Positions 35,775-45,456 of a stretch of DNA of 64,000 nt are shown piece after piece. Position 1 is the stretch's first letter. Each line of letters starts with the position of its first letter. Position numbers and translations under genes: made by a program. This stretch comes from Desulfobacterales bacterium (GTDB lineage Bacteria > Desulfobacterota > Desulfobacteria > Desulfobacterales > SG8-13). The stretch spans positions 10,262 through 74,261 of the forward strand of contig JBAPSB010000016.1 in NCBI GenBank assembly GCA_049281435.1, read 5' to 3'. The notes under the pieces were generated by a model. The model was not told where the DNA came from. It searched no databases and was given only the letters and a program-made list of their open reading frames with translations.

Positions 35775-38198
35775 TTAGGACCAGTCCGGCACCAACCGCC
35801 CGCCGGGCTGCCGGCGGTAGGGCAGCCACAGCAAACCGAAAACCTCGAGCGCAATGTCGGTGCTCCGGGGGGTCACGCGGACCGCCTCTAAAAGCTCGCT
35901 CGCAGGGTCATAGGCGGCATCCAACTTGTCGATGTCACTCTGCAGGCGTGTCTCAAGATCGGCAATTTTGTTGTTTACATTCGCCATCGTTTCCTGCGCC
36001 CGGGCGACATCCATCTGCTCCTTGCTCAACCGCCCGGCCGACTTCATGGCCGTTCCCACCCGTGTCACATTTCCTGAACTGACGGCTTTACGGCCGAGAA
36101 ACGCCCCCAGAATAGCGGTGCCAAAGGAAATCACGCTTTCTATTTTCTTGCTCTGGGCCTGCTCCTGCTCCCGCGCCAAAACTTGGTCGGCCCGCATCCG
36201 GCGGTCCTGGAGAACGGCGTACTCTTCTGCGTATTTGCGGCGCAGATTTTCGACCGCGAGGTCCCTCTGCTCGCGGGCCGCCTGAGTCAGGCGCGCCCGG
36301 AAGGCGCCTTCGGCCTCGCCGGGAGAACTGGTCAGTTTAAACTTTTTAGACTGGTAGAGAATCAGGGGACGGTTCTGGCGGACCCAGCGCAGCATGTCCT
36401 TGCACCATTTTTTATAATCCCCGGCCCGGTTGGCGGCAGCGGGCAGATCCGCGAACGCGGCCCCGGCCAGCGGAGAACCGGCCAGGTCCCCGGCAGCGCC
36501 CGCCAACTCCAGGGCCTGGTCCCAATCGACCGTCAGGGGACCGTCGTCGATGGGCGACGCCAGGGCAACGGTTTTACCGACATCGACGTCGTAGCCGCGA
36601 TGGCTGTAATGAACATTCAGCCAGCCCCCGGCCGCCGGGACATAAAAAAGGCCCTGGCCCACGCCCGAGGCCGGTAGATAAAACACCGCGACATCGGTCG
36701 GGGGAAGGGGCGGCAATCCGCTGCCGGCAGCCGGCGCCGCCGCTGAAGACGTGCCGGGCGGCGGTAGCGCACCCGGCGCAGGGTGCCCCGTGAGCGCACC
36801 GGCGCCAAGCATCTTGATCTGCTCCCGGGTCATCGGCCCCGCCAGAAAAGACATCGTCCAGCGGGTCTCGAAAACCACCGGTTCACTGTCGTGCACGTTA
36901 TTCATCAGAAACACCCGTTGACCGAGACCGGCCAGAATTTCACCCATTTTCTGCCGGTTGAACCGCGCACCGGCCGCCGCACCTTCGAGTCCGGCCATCA
37001 CGCGCTCCTTGTCGTTCTCGGTCTGCAGCCGCCCGATAAACCAGGTGCCGGTGTTGGCCAGACCCTTGTAATCGAGATCGACCGGGTTCTGGGTCGACAG
37101 CACCACCCCGAGACCGAAAGCCCGGGCCTGTTTCAACAGCGTCAACAGCGGCGGTTTGGACGGCGGGTTTTTTACCGGCGGAAAGAACCCGAATATTTCG
37201 TCCATGTACAGAAGTGCCCGAAGGCTGGCGGTCCCCGGCTGGGTTCGCACCCAGCCGAGGATTTCAGTGAGCAGCAACGCGGTGAAGAACATGCGTTCGG
37301 CATCTGAGAGGTGGCTGATGGAAAAGATCGCGGCCCTTGGCTTACCGGCGGGGGTATGCAGCATCCGGCCGATGTCCAACGGGTCGCCGGTCAACCAGGC
37401 TTCAAAGCCGGGAGCCGCCAGCAGGTTGTTTAAGCGCAGGGCCAGCTGGAAACGCTCCTTGGCGGGATAAAACGACTCCAGATCCATCACCCCGACACGC
37501 TCCAGCAGCGGCTGCTGAATCAGCCGGATGAGTCCGGCCAGGTCCATGCCGCGGCCGGCACTCCAGGCCTGTTCGAAAATGTTGGAGATCAGGATATGCT
37601 CGCGGCTGTTGAGGACTTCGGCGTCGATGCCCATCAGGGCCAACAGCGCGGTGACCGTCGTTTGGATCCGCTCCCGGAACAGGTCGGTGTCCGCGCGCAC
37701 CTCCGCCGGCGGCGGGGCGAAGCTGCGCAGAACATTGACCGGCAAACCGGCACTGCTGCCCGGCGTGTAAACGGCGAAATCGGCGGCGGCGCGCAGCCGG
37801 GCAATTCGCTCCGGCTCCTGGTCCCACGCCGCCAGCCCGTCGCGCCACAGGGCGGCGGTTTTTTCGGCAAACTGCTCCGGGTTCAGTCCCTGGCGCGCCG
37901 CGTCACCGGGCTGGATCCAGGGCCGGAAGTCTTGCGGCTGCAGATCGGGAAAGCCGAGAAGCAGGTTGGCAAGATCGCCCTTGGGATCGATAGCGATCAC
38001 CGGGATATTGTCGATCAGCGCTTCCTCCAGCATCCCGATCCCCAAGCCGGTCTTGCCGCTGCCGGTCATGCCGATGATGACGGCATGCGTGAGAAGGTCC
38101 CTGGAATCATAGAGGAGCGGTTCATCCCGCCGTTTGCGGGTGGCCTGGTCGAAAACTTTCCCCAGATAAAAAACTCCCAGTTTTTCGTAAGCCTTCAT
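35775..38198 (-). CDS. HerA/FtsK-like P-loop NTPase (DUF87-type), 807 aa with a C-terminal coiled coil
   Basis: Walker A GMTGSGKTG, DPKGD, Walker B LLYMDEIF. AAAGGAGG RBS. Confidence 0.6.
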   Translation of the reverse strand: MKAYEKLGVFYLGKVFDQATRKRRDEPLLYDSRDLLTHAVIIGMTGSGKTGLGIGMLEEALIDNIPVIAIDPKGDLANLLLGFPDLQPQDFRPWIQPGDAARQGLNPEQFAEKTAALWRDGLAAWDQEPERIARLRAAADFAVYTPGSSAGLPVNVLRSFAPPPAEVRADTDLFRERIQTTVTALLALMGIDAEVLNSREHILISNIFEQAWSAGRGMDLAGLIRLIQQPLLERVGVMDLESFYPAKERFQLALRLNNLLAAPGFEAWLTGDPLDIGRMLHTPAGKPRAAIFSISHLSDAERMFFTALLLTEILGWVRTQPGTASLRALLYMDEIFGFFPPVKNPPSKPPLLTLLKQARAFGLGVVLSTQNPVDLDYKGLANTGTWFIGRLQTENDKERVMAGLEGAAAGARFNRQKMGEILAGLGQRVFLMNNVHDSEPVVFETRWTMSFLAGPMTREQIKMLGAGALTGHPAPGALPPPGTSSAAAPAAGSGLPPLPPTDVAVFYLPASGVGQGLFYVPAAGGWLNVHYSHRGYDVDVGKTVALASPIDDGPLTVDWDQALELAGAAGDLAGSPLAGAAFADLPAAANRAGDYKKWCKDMLRWVRQNRPLILYQSKKFKLTSSPGEAEGAFRARLTQAAREQRDLAVENLRRKYAEEYAVLQDRRMRADQVLAREQEQAQSKKIESVISFGTAILGAFLGRKAVSSGNVTRVGTAMKSAGRLSKEQMDVARAQETMANVNNKIADLETRLQSDIDKLDAAYDPASELLEAVRVTPRSTDIALEVFGLLWLPYRRQPGGRLVPDWS

Positions 38199-38294
38199 CG
38201 CAAGCCTCCTTTATTCGATGGCGCCGTTCCCGGGACAAAAGATAGCCGGAAAGCAAATACCCGCAAGAAAAGCCGATGGCGTCTTTTCTGAATG

Positions 38295-38433
38295 GTGCCC
38301 ATCCGCGATCATTTGAGTGTCCAATTCATAAATATGAAGTTGTTCGCTGGGCAAGGCCATCCCGCCCCAGGCGGGAACCCGCTGCGACCGGCCGCCATGC
38401 GGGCAAAAGACCATTTATGGATGGACACTGAGT
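38295..38433 (-). repeat. intergenic palindromic repeat element, copy A (139 bp)
   Basis: The revcomp aligns with 61179-61363 apart from two internal indels. Shares the ~20-nt inverted arms and the GATCGCGGATGGGCAC tail. Confidence 0.8.
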
Positions 38434-38712
38434 GACAGGATCGAGATGAACCTTATATTTCACCAAACCGGCTGGCAAACCGGTGACGCACCATATCATA
38501 AGTGCACCGGCAGGCGGAGCCTTAAATACAGGCTTCAAGATAAAGGATTTGGCCGTGTTATTCGGTCGGTGGCGTACTACACTACAGCCGCCTTGCTCCG
38601 GCCTGGCCGAAATTTTTTCTAAAAGCCTGTCGAAATTTAACCCTCGAAACCCGGGACCCGTAACCCGCAACTCGTAACCACGCAGGGCGGGGTGGCGGCT
38701 TCAGGAGGCAGT

Positions 38713-39555
38713 ATGAGACCGATGCGGAAGAAGATACTGGCGGCCCTGTCCGGGGCGACCTTTCTGATTTGCGCCGCTTCGGCGGCGGCGGCACCCGCAG
38801 CGGACCTCTGGGAACGCTGGACGGCAAACGACCCCGGTTCAGCCGTGCGGGTGGACCACGCGGCCTGGGACCGGTTCCTGAAAGCCTATCTGATCAACGG
38901 ACCCGACGGGGTAACCCTGGTTCGGTACGGCCAGGTCTCGGTTGCCGACCGCACGGCCCTCGAACGCTACATCCGGCGGCTGGCGCAAACCGAGGTGAGT
39001 CGACTCAACCGGAACGAACAGAAAGCCTTCTGGATCAACCTTTACAATGCCTTGACGGTGAAGGTCATCCTCGACCATTACCCGGTCAGGAGCATCCGCG
39101 CCATCGACATCTCGCCCGGGCTTTTTTCCGACGGCCCGTGGGGCAACAAGCTGGTCAGTGTGGAAGGACAAGAGGTCAGCCTGGACGACATCGAACACCG
39201 CATCCTGCGCCCGATCTGGCAGGACGCCCGGATCCATTACGGCGTCAATTGTGCTTCCATTGGGTGTCCGAATCTGCCCCCGGCGGCATTTACCGCCGAA
39301 AACACCGACGAATTGCTGGAAAAGGGGGCCCGTGAGTTCGTCAACAGTCCCCGCGGCGCGCGGGTTGAAAACGGCAAACTGACGGTTTCGAGCCTCTACG
39401 TCTGGTTCCAGTCCGATTTCGGCGGCACGGATGCCGGGGTCATCGATCATCTGAAAAAATACGCGCGCGCCGATTTGCGGGCACAGCTCGACCGGGTCAC
39501 GCGCATCTCGGACCACCGCTACGATTGGACCTTGAATGCGGCCCCCGGTCAATGA
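38713..39555 (+). CDS. DUF547-domain protein with signal peptide
   Basis: FWINLYNALTVKVILDHYPVRSIRAI and HYGVNCASIGCPNL are DUF547 signatures. AGGAGG before the ATG. Confidence 0.75.
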   Translation: MRPMRKKILAALSGATFLICAASAAAAPAADLWERWTANDPGSAVRVDHAAWDRFLKAYLINGPDGVTLVRYGQVSVADRTALERYIRRLAQTEVSRLNRNEQKAFWINLYNALTVKVILDHYPVRSIRAIDISPGLFSDGPWGNKLVSVEGQEVSLDDIEHRILRPIWQDARIHYGVNCASIGCPNLPPAAFTAENTDELLEKGAREFVNSPRGARVENGKLTVSSLYVWFQSDFGGTDAGVIDHLKKYARADLRAQLDRVTRISDHRYDWTLNAAPGQ

Positions 39556-39601
39556 GGTGCGTCCGAGAGCGGCACCGGCCCGATGAGAGACGGGCTTTGG
39601 C

Positions 39602-42151
39602 TCAGGCCCAGGCAATCAACCCCGGAAGGTTCTTCATGGCCGCATCGCCCCGGGGCCCCACCCGCACCGTAAAGCCGTAACGGCCGGAAATCAGACAGGG
39701 CACCTGGCCCTCATACAGATAGCGGCCGTTGCCCTGATACTCCGCGGCCGCCATCGGCGCCGTCCAGACGCCTTCCAGCGCATCCACCGATTTCATGTGG
39801 CCGCTGTAAAGCTCCACGTCCACGTCTTCGGGCTTCAACTCGCCGAGGCTGACCTCCACCTTGACGGCGAACTGCTCGCCGACCCGAAAAGGCCCCTTGC
39901 CGCTTTGGACCGGCAGTCCGATCGCGATGTCCTTCCAGAAGCCGACCAGTCGTTTTTCCTGGATCGCCAGATTGTGGGCTTCCAGCCCGCCTTTTTCGAG
40001 CAGGGCTTCGAGACGCCGAACGATCGGCTGGTAGTAGCGCTCCTCGTACTCTCCCACCATCCGCAGGCTGCAGTAGTCCTGCATGGCCATTTTCATCGAG
40101 GCCTTCATCATTTTTACCCAGCGGGCCGGCAACTCGCCGGTGCGCTCCTCGTAGAAACAGGGCACCACTTCGTTTTCGAGCACATTGTAAAGCGCCTGGC
40201 TCTCGACGGCGTCCTGGTAGGCCGGATCCTGGTATTCCTCGCCGCCGCCGATACACCAGCCGCGGTCCTCGGCGTAGCCTTCACACCACCAGCCATCCAG
40301 GATGCTCAGGTTCAGGACACCGTTGATCGCCGCTTTCATGCCCGAGGTCCCGCAGGCCTCGTTGGGTCTGCGGGGGGTGTTCAGCCACACGTCCGCTCCC
40401 TGCACGAGGCAGCGCGCCAGGCTCATGTCGTAGCCTTCGATAAAGACCACCCGCTGGCGAATTTCCGGTTTTCGCACGAATTCGAGCAGCCGCTTGATCA
40501 TCTCCTTGCCCTGGGTGTCGCGCGGGTGCGCCTTGCCCGCGAAAATCAGTTGCACGGGCCGTTTGTCCGAGTGCAGAATGGCGGCCAGGCGTTCGGGGTC
40601 CTGCAGGATCAGATCGGCCCTTTTGTAGCCGGCAAACCGCCGGGCAAAGGCGATCGTGAGAATTTCAGGATCCAGGATCGTTTCCAGCCGGGCCAGAACA
40701 CTGCGGTGCGCATTGCGTCTTTCGTACTGTTTTTTCAACATTTCGCGGCAGGTGCGGATAAGCCGGGTGCGGTTCATCTCGTGCGCCTGCCACAGTTCTT
40801 CATTGTAGATTTCATCGATGCGCGGGATGTTTTCAGGCCGGCGCGAACTCATGTACCAATCGGGCCCGAGATGCCGCTCGAAAAGCCGGCTGAATTCCAT
40901 CGAAACAAAGGTCGACACGTGAATTCCGTTGGTGACATGCGAGATGGGGACCTCGTCTTCGGGCAGCTCCGGCCACAGGCCGGCCCACATCTTGCGGGCG
41001 ATCATCCCGTGCAGCCGGCTGACGCCGTTGCGGTACTGGGACATCCGCGAGCCCAGAATGAACATCGACAGGGGGGCATTCGGTCCGGCCCCGGGCGGCT
41101 GGCCCCAGGACAGGATTTCGTTTTCCTCGACGCCCAGGCTTTCCCGGAGCGGGCGAAGGTAAGGCCGGATAAAATCCGCCGCGAAGACGTCATGTCCGGC
41201 AGCCACCGGGGTGTGGGTCGTAAAGACCGTGCAGCGTCGCACGATCTGCAGTGCGGTCTGAAGGTCGATGTGACAGCGGTCCATGACGATCGCCAGTCTT
41301 TCAAGGGTCGAAAACGCCGAGTGCCCTTCGTTCATGTGGCACACCGACGGGAAAATGCCCATGGCCGACAGGGCCCGCATCCCGCCGATTCCCAGGAGCA
41401 CTTCCTGCGCCAGGCGGATTTTGGGCTCGGCGGCGTAAAGGCGGGCGGTGATTTCCCGGGCCTCGGGCGGATTTTCGGGCAAATTGGTGTCGAGCAGAAA
41501 CAGGTGGGTGCGCCCCACCTTGATTCGCCAGACAAAGGCCTTGATGCGGCCGTCGGGCCCGGTCAGCTCGATCGTGATTTCATTGCCGGCCGCGTCCCGG
41601 GCCCTTTCGACCGGAAGATAATACAGCTCGACCTCCGGATAGGCCTCCTGCTGCAGGCCGTCCTGATCGAGATACTGCCGAAAATACCCCTTGCGGTACA
41701 TCAGGCCAATCCCCACCAGGGGCAGGGCCATGTTGGACGCCGCTTTCAGGTGATCCCCGGCCAACACGCCCAGGCCGCCCGCAAAAAGAGGCATGCTTTC
41801 GTGGATGCCAAATTCCATCGAGAAATAGGCGATCGGCCCGATGCGGGAAAAAATTGTCCGGTCCTGATCCAGGTTGTTGGTCACCCGGTCGTGGAACCGT
41901 TCGGCAACGTGATTCAGGTGCGCCAGAAAACTGTCGTCGGACGCCAGTTGCTCCAGACGGGCCTGTTTGACATGCGACAGAAGAAATATCGGGTTGTTGT
42001 TCGATTCTTTCCAGAGCAAAGGATCGATGCGCCTGAACAGATCCACCGCATCGGGTTTCCAGCACCACCAGAGGTTTCTTGACAGCACCTCGAGAAAGGA
42101 CAGGGATTCCGGTATGGTCGGATGGACCTGGTAGGTCAGGATCCGCTTCAT
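39602..42151 (-). CDS. glgP: alpha-glucan phosphorylase (GT35, archaeal/maltodextrin type)
   Basis: FSMEFG, GGLGVLAGDHLK, and PLP-lysine region EACGTSGMKAAINGVLNLS. Confidence 0.9.
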   Translation of the reverse strand: MKRILTYQVHPTIPESLSFLEVLSRNLWWCWKPDAVDLFRRIDPLLWKESNNNPIFLLSHVKQARLEQLASDDSFLAHLNHVAERFHDRVTNNLDQDRTIFSRIGPIAYFSMEFGIHESMPLFAGGLGVLAGDHLKAASNMALPLVGIGLMYRKGYFRQYLDQDGLQQEAYPEVELYYLPVERARDAAGNEITIELTGPDGRIKAFVWRIKVGRTHLFLLDTNLPENPPEAREITARLYAAEPKIRLAQEVLLGIGGMRALSAMGIFPSVCHMNEGHSAFSTLERLAIVMDRCHIDLQTALQIVRRCTVFTTHTPVAAGHDVFAADFIRPYLRPLRESLGVEENEILSWGQPPGAGPNAPLSMFILGSRMSQYRNGVSRLHGMIARKMWAGLWPELPEDEVPISHVTNGIHVSTFVSMEFSRLFERHLGPDWYMSSRRPENIPRIDEIYNEELWQAHEMNRTRLIRTCREMLKKQYERRNAHRSVLARLETILDPEILTIAFARRFAGYKRADLILQDPERLAAILHSDKRPVQLIFAGKAHPRDTQGKEMIKRLLEFVRKPEIRQRVVFIEGYDMSLARCLVQGADVWLNTPRRPNEACGTSGMKAAINGVLNLSILDGWWCEGYAEDRGWCIGGGEEYQDPAYQDAVESQALYNVLENEVVPCFYEERTGELPARWVKMMKASMKMAMQDYCSLRMVGEYEERYYQPIVRRLEALLEKGGLEAHNLAIQEKRLVGFWKDIAIGLPVQSGKGPFRVGEQFAVKVEVSLGELKPEDVDVELYSGHMKSVDALEGVWTAPMAAAEYQGNGRYLYEGQVPCLISGRYGFTVRVGPRGDAAMKNLPGLIAWA

Positions 42152-42241
42152 GGCACCCTCCTCTGAAATTGTGACCGATTGCCGCTACCATGGCGGATTT
42201 TGGGGGTGATCTATCCGCCGTTGGCGCCTTTTTGCCGAAAA

Positions 42242-42257
42242 AGCAAGGGCTATGCCA
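42242..42257 (-). promoter_or_regulatory. sigma54 promoter TGGCAT-AGCCC-TTGCT upstream of glgP
   Basis: Canonical GG/GC spacing. About 90 nt upstream of ATG 42151. Confidence 0.6.
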
Positions 42258-42267
42258 AGCCGTCCCC

Positions 42268-42296
42268 TTGACGCCCACGTCCCTAACAAATTTAAT
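42268..42296 (+). promoter_or_regulatory. candidate sigma70 promoter TTGACG-N17-TTTAAT
   Basis: Pattern match. Would give a ~300-nt leader before the TTG start at 42607. Confidence 0.3.
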
Positions 42297-42606
42297 TTAA
42301 AAGCTTTTTTATTAAAGGGGGGTGGTGGCTGCCATCTGTTGCGTCGGTTTTTTTTACACCTCGTAAAGCGGACAGGGTCATCCGGGGTGCTTTATGTTTG
42401 CGATTGGGGTCGCGGTGGCCTATATTGGGCGCAACCAGCCGCTGTTCGCAGCCGCCCATCCGGGCTGCAGCCCATCTGCACGTACGCACCGGTTTATGCG
42501 GCCGGCGGTCCGGGAGACGGTGCAGGTCAGGCGAAAGGTGCCGCCCGGCTCGCCCCTCTCCGATCGAAAGCCAGCGGTTCACTGCAACGAAGCAAGGAGG
42601 TCAAAC

Positions 42607-44484
42607 TTGGCAGGTTCACAATACTGGGCCGACAATTACATCGAGAAGAAAAAAAGCACGGCCGATGCCATCGGCCTGATCCGGCCGGGACGGCGCGTGT
42701 TCATTGGATCGGCCTGCGGGGAACCGCAGGCATTGGTCCGCGCGCTTTCCGAGGCGGCGCCCCGGTCGTCGGGCCTGGAGATCGTGCGGCTGATGAGCAT
42801 GGAAACCACATCGCTCACGGCCATCGCCAACCGGACCCAGGATCACAGCCTGAGCGTGCGGACCATCTATCTGGGCTCGGCCCGCGAGGACGAGGTCATC
42901 ACGCGCAACAAGCGCTTTATTACTCCCATGAACATGTCGGATGTTCCGGGGTTGTTCAAGACGCACAAACTGCCGATCAACGTCGCCCTGATCCAGGTCT
43001 CTCCCCCGGATGATTTCGGCTGGATGAGCCTGGGCATTTCAGTGGATGTCACCCTGGCGGCGGCGGTTTCGGCGGACCTGGTCATCGCGCAGGTTAATTC
43101 AAAAATGCCGCGGGTGCTGGGTCAGAGCTTCATCCACGTCAACGACGTGGATGTTATCGTGGAGCACGATGAGGACCTGCTGGCCGTCGGTCCCCGGCCG
43201 TCATCGGAAACCGCCGCCCGCATCGGGCAGCACATCGCCCGGCTCATCGACGATGGCTCCACCCTTCAGATCGGGTTGGATGCCGCCTCCCAGGCGACCC
43301 TGCAGGCCCTTTCCAATAAAAACGACCTGGGGATCCATTCCCAGTACCTGATCGACGACATCATGCACCTCTACGCCAAAGGAGTCATAACGAACCGCAA
43401 GAAGGGGTTCAACGACGGCAAGCTGGTCGCTTCGGCCGCCATCGGGTCCCGGAACCTCTACGATTTCATCGACGACAACCCGGCGGTCGATTTTCGCCCG
43501 TCGGACTACGTCAACGATCCGTTCGTCATTTCACGCCACAACCGGATGGTATCGATCAATGTCGCCAAGGCTATCGACCTCACCGGCCAGGTAGCGGCCG
43601 AGGCCTCGGCCCAGACGTTTTATGCCGGCGTCTCCGGGATCGCCGATTTCGTCCGCGGGGCGCGGCGGGCGCCGGGCGGCAAGTCGATCCTGATGCTGTT
43701 TGCCACCTCGGAGGACGGGAAAACCAGCAACATCGTTCCAGCGCTCGGCGAAACGGCGGTGGTGGTGCCACGCGGAGACGTTCACTATGTGGTCACGGAA
43801 TACGGCGTGGTCAACCTGTTCGGCAAGAGTTACCAGGAACGGGTGATCGCCATGATCGAAATAGCCCACCCGGACTTCAGGAAGGAACTCTTCGAGCAGG
43901 CCAAGCACGCCGGCATCATCGGATCCGAACGCTCCCTGGGCGAGGCCGTGCGCGGGATCTATCCTGTGCGCCTCGAAGAAATCTTCGAAATCGACGGCGA
44001 AGAGGTCACCATCCGTCCCGCCAAGCCGGTAGACGAGCGCCGCATCCAGGAGCATTATTACAACCTCGACAAGGACGACATCTTTTCGCGCTTCTTCCAT
44101 GAAAAAACCAGCTTCGCCCGCAAGGAGGTCGAAAGCAAGTCCCAGATCGATTATGTCAAAGACCTGACGCTCGTCGGAGTGGTCGGGGAGTTCGGATTCG
44201 GCCGGGTGGTGGCCGTGGGCGAGAGCATGCTACTGGTGGACAGCAACATGGCCGAAGTGGCGTTTTCGGTGAACGCAAAGTACCAGAACAAGGGGCTCAG
44301 CCGTCGCATCATGCGCAAGCTGGCGGACGCGGCGCGCGAAAACGGCATTGCCGGTCTGATCGCCTACACCGCCCCGCACAACCAGGCGATGATTCGGCTG
44401 TTTAAAACCCTGCCCTACAAAGTCAAAACATCATACGACGGCGAGGGCGTCTACCTGAAATGCCGGTTCGACGAACTGGCGTAA
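42607..44484 (+). CDS. acetyl-CoA hydrolase/transferase family domain fused to a C-terminal GNAT acetyltransferase
   Basis: FIGSACGEPQAL and the hydrolase/transferase body, then a GNAT at the C-terminus (YQNKGLSRRIMRKL). TTG start with AAGGAGG 6 nt upstream; the ORF-track extension is rejected. Confidence 0.7.
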   Translation: MAGSQYWADNYIEKKKSTADAIGLIRPGRRVFIGSACGEPQALVRALSEAAPRSSGLEIVRLMSMETTSLTAIANRTQDHSLSVRTIYLGSAREDEVITRNKRFITPMNMSDVPGLFKTHKLPINVALIQVSPPDDFGWMSLGISVDVTLAAAVSADLVIAQVNSKMPRVLGQSFIHVNDVDVIVEHDEDLLAVGPRPSSETAARIGQHIARLIDDGSTLQIGLDAASQATLQALSNKNDLGIHSQYLIDDIMHLYAKGVITNRKKGFNDGKLVASAAIGSRNLYDFIDDNPAVDFRPSDYVNDPFVISRHNRMVSINVAKAIDLTGQVAAEASAQTFYAGVSGIADFVRGARRAPGGKSILMLFATSEDGKTSNIVPALGETAVVVPRGDVHYVVTEYGVVNLFGKSYQERVIAMIEIAHPDFRKELFEQAKHAGIIGSERSLGEAVRGIYPVRLEEIFEIDGEEVTIRPAKPVDERRIQEHYYNLDKDDIFSRFFHEKTSFARKEVESKSQIDYVKDLTLVGVVGEFGFGRVVAVGESMLLVDSNMAEVAFSVNAKYQNKGLSRRIMRKLADAARENGIAGLIAYTAPHNQAMIRLFKTLPYKVKTSYDGEGVYLKCRFDELA

Positions 44485-44730
44485 GCGACACCAGCGCATC
44501 CGTAAAAGGACGCCTAGTGGATGACATTGCCCGGCGTTGCCGCTGAAAGCCGGACGCATCGCCGAGGTGGACTCTTCGTCGCGCTTTTTACCCGGCTTGG
44601 CGGTGCCGGTCGCCGGATGGCGCATCATGCAGCAGTCAGGGATAACGAATTCTATAAGAATATCAAGCGGCCAGGATCGAGGACCTACTGAAGGGGCGGG
44701 AAAGTGGCCGTCGCAAAATAAGTGAGCGCG

Positions 44731-44934
44731 TCACTCCGGCTTTGTCTGTTCTTCGTGTAAATCCTTGAAAAGCTTCTTGAGAGTTTCGTAGTCGACGGTA
44801 AACGTATCCATCGGGTTTATGTCGAGTTCATCGTCTAAATCGATCCGTCCGTTTTTGAGGTATTCATCGCAACGGCCATCAGGGGTGGGTTTTCGTTTAC
44901 AGTCTTTTTGATGGTAGCAGTGTCCGCAAATCAA
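44731..44934 (-). CDS. small Cys-containing protein, 67 aa
   Basis: TTG start with AAGGAGG 6 nt upstream. CGHC...C...C, then an acidic tail. Confidence 0.5.
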   Translation of the reverse strand: MICGHCYHQKDCKRKPTPDGRCDEYLKNGRIDLDDELDINPMDTFTVDYETLKKLFKDLHEEQTKPE

Positions 44935-45023
44935 CGGTAATCCTCCTTTGTCTGTATAATAAACGGCGTCAGTCGATCACCCGCGGAGGCAGAATTAAGC
45001 ATGTCGCTGCCGGACAAAAATTA

Positions 45024-45039
45024 AGCAAAAAGCATGCCA
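45024..45039 (-). promoter_or_regulatory. sigma54 promoter TGGCAT-GCTTT-TTGCT
   Basis: Canonical spacing, about 90 nt upstream of the TTG at 44934, within an AT-rich tract. Confidence 0.6.
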
Positions 45040-45267
45040 TAATTTTTTATATAATATCTTGTTTAATTTTAATATGTTGTGCAATATTATCTCATATTCT
45101 CGCGCTCGGGTGCCAAAAAATGGTGCCGTTACGGGCCGATTTTCGGCAGATTTATTTCTTCCCTTCCCATCCGTTTTGAATCTCCGGATCGACGTTAATA
45201 CGAAAAATGCACCCCCTTTAAAAAAAACAACACCGCACTTGTCGGTGAAAGATGGAGTGGAGGAATT

Positions 45268-45456
45268 ATGCCGTCCGTGGAGTTTATATGCAGCGCCTGC
45301 GGTCACACCTTCAGCCGAGTGGTGTTCAAGGGCGACGATACCCCGGGGACGGTGTGCCCTCGCTGCGGCAGCGACCGCATCCGGACCTCGCCCACCTCGG
45401 AGAGCCTGTTCGACGGGATAGCTTCCTTCAGCAGCCTTTCGACGGATGTCAACTGA
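45268..45456 (+). CDS. FmdB-family zinc-ribbon protein
   Basis: FICSACGHTF ... CPRCGS (CxxC-x-CxxC). GGAGG RBS. Confidence 0.65.
   Translation: MPSVEFICSACGHTFSRVVFKGDDTPGTVCPRCGSDRIRTSPTSESLFDGIASFSSLSTDVN

Noticed and set aside
38211-38414. Small ORFs inside the repeat copies with similar N-termini: MVFCPHGGRSQRV (38414), MVFFPLGGRLQRV (61196), MVFFTRRLQRHRR (11876).
   Set aside because: No RBS is present and the ATG directly follows TAA within the palindromic arm. Differences between copies are not biased to third positions, and the downstream parts diverge. The similarity is explained by DNA repeat identity. The in-frame 6-nt indel is noted but is insufficient evidence of coding.
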